Source: an uncultured beta proteobacterium (GTDB taxonomy: Bacteria > Pseudomonadota > Gammaproteobacteria > Burkholderiales > Burkholderiaceae_C). From it: a stretch of DNA of 40,847 nucleotides. The first letter of the stretch is position 1. The number at the start of each line of letters is the position of its first letter. The notes under the pieces were generated by a model that ran no database searches, had not been told where the DNA came from, and was given only the letters and a program-made list of their open reading frames with translations. The stretch lies in assembly GCA_903856025.1 (NCBI GenBank), contig CAIOAQ010000368.1:1-40847 (forward strand), given 5' to 3'. Positions 38,658 through 40,847 of the stretch are shown here, in pieces. Made by a program: the position numbers and the translations under genes.

Positions 38658-38697
38658 GGGGTCAGATCACCGCCGAAAAGGCGTGTGCTCTGACCCC
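38658..38697. repeat. REP-like palindrome between the W and FAD subunit genes
   Basis: GGGGTCAGAtCAC-CGCC-gaaaa-GGCG-tGTGcTCTGACCCC near-perfect hairpin, no U tract. Confidence 0.7.
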
Positions 38698-38735
38698 GTT
38701 CTCATCGGATAAATGCCATTTTTTTGGAGATTTCC

Positions 38736-40031
38736 ATGACCCACCACGTCATCCTCGGTGCCGGCCCTGCAGGCGTGATTGCCGCCGAGACTATTCGCAA
38801 ACTGGCACCCCTTGATGCCATCACCCTCATCGGCGACGAGCCCGAGCCGTCGTACTCGCGCATGGCCATCCCGTACCTGCTGGCAGGCAACATTCAGGAG
38901 TCAGGCACCTACCTGCGTAAAACCCCGAGCCATTTCGCAGATCTAAAGATAAATGTGCTTCAAGCCCTCGTGAAGTCTGTGCAAGCAGCTACAAAAACAA
39001 TAGTGCTTACCAACGGCGAAAGCATCAGCTTTGACACCTTGCTGATCGCCACCGGCTCGCACCCGGTGAGCCCACCCATTCCCGGCATCCAGTGCGAGGG
39101 CGTGCACACCTGCTGGACGCTGGCCGATGCACGCGCCATCATGCAACTGGCCAAACCGGGCGCGCGGGTGTTGCAGCTGGGTGCCGGTTTCATTGGCTGC
39201 ATCATCATGGAAGCCCTGGCCGCGCGTGGCGTGAAATTGAGCGTGGTCGAGATGGGTGACCGCATGGTGCCGCGCATGATGGGCGAAGTAGCAGGTGGCA
39301 TGATCCGTGACTGGGTGGCTGCCAAGGGCGTGGAGGTGTTTACCTCGACCCGCGTGGAGTCGATCACACCGGGCGCACCGCTGCAAGTCAAGCTCTCCAA
39401 CGGCCGCACCGTGCAGGCGGACCTGGTCATCAGCGCCGCCGGGGTGCGCCCGGCCATCGGCTACCTGGAGCATTCCGGCATCACCTGCTTGCTGGGGGTG
39501 CTGACCGATGAACATTTGCAAACCAATGTGCCGGGCATCTATGCGGCCGGGGACTGCGCCGAAGCCTTGGACAAGGTCAGTGGCAAGATGATGGTGAGCG
39601 CGATCCAGCCCAACGCGGCCGAGCAGGCACGCGTGGCCGCGGCCAACATGGTGGCGTATGCCAGAGGTTTGCCCGCAAAAACCGAACTCAAAGGTGTCAC
39701 ACAAATCAACGTGCTGGACACTTTAGGCTTGATTTCCAGCAGTTTTGGTGACTGGCAAGGTGTGTCGGGGGGCGAGCATGCCGAATTGACCGATCAAGCC
39801 GCTGGTCGTCACCTGAGCCTGCAGTTCAAGGACGACGTGCTGGTGGGCTGCAACAGCGTGGGCTGGACTGAACACGTTGGCGTGATGCGTGGGCTGGTGG
39901 AGGGCCAGGTGCACCTGGGCGACTGGAAAGACCAGCTCAAGGCGGATCCGACCCTGCTGATGCAAGCCTATCTGGCCTGCGCACAGGGACAGGGCCAATG
40001 GTCGGGTGCGAATGATGCACGTGTGCGTTAA
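38736..40031 (+). CDS. FAD-dependent NAD(P)H oxidoreductase subunit (AorC-like)
   Basis: GAGPAG, LLIATGS, GAGFIG, SAAGVRP, TNVPGIYAAGD; ATG 38736 with GGAG RBS. Confidence 0.9.
   Translation: MTHHVILGAGPAGVIAAETIRKLAPLDAITLIGDEPEPSYSRMAIPYLLAGNIQESGTYLRKTPSHFADLKINVLQALVKSVQAATKTIVLTNGESISFDTLLIATGSHPVSPPIPGIQCEGVHTCWTLADARAIMQLAKPGARVLQLGAGFIGCIIMEALAARGVKLSVVEMGDRMVPRMMGEVAGGMIRDWVAAKGVEVFTSTRVESITPGAPLQVKLSNGRTVQADLVISAAGVRPAIGYLEHSGITCLLGVLTDEHLQTNVPGIYAAGDCAEALDKVSGKMMVSAIQPNAAEQARVAAANMVAYARGLPAKTELKGVTQINVLDTLGLISSSFGDWQGVSGGEHAELTDQAAGRHLSLQFKDDVLVGCNSVGWTEHVGVMRGLVEGQVHLGDWKDQLKADPTLLMQAYLACAQGQGQWSGANDARVR
38944..39005 (-). repeat. Dispersed fixed-spacing element, copy 6 (inside the FAD-subunit CDS, frame intact)
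   Basis: Minus strand: CACT attgttttt GTAGC tgcttgcacagacttc ACGAGGGCTT gaagcacattta. Confidence 0.8.
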
Positions 40032-40049
40032 GAGGTTGGGCGCAGTGTT

Positions 40050-40304
40050 GTGAAAATCACCTTGAAACTTTTTGCGTCCTTGACCGACTACCTGCCACCC
40101 GAGGCGAAATACACCAATGTGATGGCGCTGGACATCACGCCAGACACCACCATTGGTCAGCTGGTTGAGCAGTTTAGTTTGCCCGAAAAATTGGTCCATC
40201 TGGTGCTGGTGAATGGCGCTTACATAGCACCAGACAAACGCGCATCGCAAACGCTGCATGAGGGTGATGTGCTAGCCATCTGGCCGCCCATCGCCGGTGG
40301 CTAA
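40050..40304 (+). CDS. MoaD/ThiS-family sulfur carrier protein
   Basis: MKITLKLFASL, LVLVNG, LHEGDVLAIWPPIAGG with C-terminal GG. Confidence 0.92.
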   Translation: MKITLKLFASLTDYLPPEAKYTNVMALDITPDTTIGQLVEQFSLPEKLVHLVLVNGAYIAPDKRASQTLHEGDVLAIWPPIAGG

Positions 40305-40309
40305 TTTTC

Positions 40310-40371
40310 ATATAATAAATTGGCCCCTAGCCCTCGTAAATACAGGGTATACAGCTATCAACTATGCAGTC
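40310..40371 (-). repeat. Dispersed fixed-spacing element, copy 7 (overlaps ATG 40364)
   Basis: Minus strand: GACT gcatagttg ATAGC tgtataccctgtattt ACGAGGGCTA ggggccaattta. Confidence 0.82.
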
Positions 40372-40663
40372 TTTTTACCCTGAACGCTTTGAGCGCGACA
40401 TGGGCTGCACCGAAGCCGACTGGCTGCGCTGGCTGCCCGGTGCGGTGGGCGACCTCCACTGGAAATTACAAACCGGCACGGCGGGTGTGCGCGTGGGCGA
40501 TGGTGCATTGGGCTTGAAGTGGCAGGTGGCTGAGCCGCGGGTGATCGCTCAGGTGAGCATGCCGCGCCTGTTGGTGAGTTTCCGGTTTGGCGGGGTCAGC
40601 GACAGCGAGCGCCAAGCGTTCATGACACGGTTTGATCTGTACATGCAGCGCGGGGGTGGTTGA
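40364..40663 (+). CDS. Small hypothetical protein ending in RGGG, last gene of the aor cluster
   Basis: 99 aa, co-oriented with the operon, host-like codon use; ERDMGCTEADWLRWLP ... RFDLYMQRGGG. Confidence 0.75.
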   Translation: MQSFYPERFERDMGCTEADWLRWLPGAVGDLHWKLQTGTAGVRVGDGALGLKWQVAEPRVIAQVSMPRLLVSFRFGGVSDSERQAFMTRFDLYMQRGGG

Positions 40664-40778
40664 CGGTTTTGAAGTGGCTTGAACGCGCTTGCACAGGGTG
40701 GTGCTTGCCCTCAAGGGATTGAGAAGCCATGCGGGGTTAGGATACTGGCGGTCAACCTCAACCCTGCAACCTACTGAC

Positions 40779-40847
40779 ATGACCCTGATCACCACCAAAG
40801 ACCCGCATTTCACATTGCGCTTTGCCACACCTGACTACGCCGGGCAC
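40779..40847 (+). CDS. 5' fragment of a gene running off the window, possibly a GNAT acetyltransferase
   Basis: Open frame MTLITTKDPHFTLRFATPDYAGH; the LRFATPD pattern resembles GNAT N-termini. Only 23 codons are visible. Confidence 0.35.
   Translation, partial: MTLITTKDPHFTLRFATPDYAGH

Noticed and set aside
17067-40371. Reading the dispersed repeats as CRISPR repeats, attC sites or IS ends
   Set aside because: Copies are kilobases apart in both orientations, with no cas, integrase or transposase genes, no attC core sites and no terminal inverted repeats or target duplications.
8031-40371. Apparent ~4.3-kb periodicity of element copies (gaps about 9.0, 4.2, 9.1, 4.5, 4.1 and 1.4 kb)
   Set aside because: There are only six intervals, one does not fit, and I found no copies at the predicted intermediate positions. 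It needs a genome-wide test before being claimed.

Overview
Gene-dense chromosomal window from a GC-rich betaproteobacterium. Gene content and style suggest Comamonadaceae, probably Rhodoferax-like (inference). In order it carries: the 3' part of dxs; a split, convergent TRAP transporter; a ModE/FdsR-like regulator divergent from a tungstate ABC transporter (tupBCA); a DUF3494 ice-binding lipoprotein; prkA(yeaG)-yeaH-spoVR; an SDR/LysR pair; an NAD-dependent aldehyde dehydrogenase plus DUF779 under a divergent GAF-AAA+-Fis sigma54 activator; a LysR, an OFA-family MFS transporter and the soluble formate dehydrogenase operon fdsGBACD; azlCD; elbB; a PAS-GGDEF diguanylate cyclase; and an AAA-less GAF-Fis regulator divergent from a tungsten aldehyde oxidoreductase operon (FeS, W and FAD subunits, MoaD-like, small GGG-ending protein). 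No rRNA, tRNA, CRISPR, transposase or integrase was seen. The most striking unexplained signal is a ~60-bp element, TGCT-N9-RTAGC-N6-CnC-N7-ACGAGGGCTA plus an AT-rich tail. It occurs 7 times on both strands with identical spacing and 11 invariant positions. Five copies lie at gene ends, and two lie wholly inside coding sequences without breaking the frame. All calls were made by eye; no searches were run.
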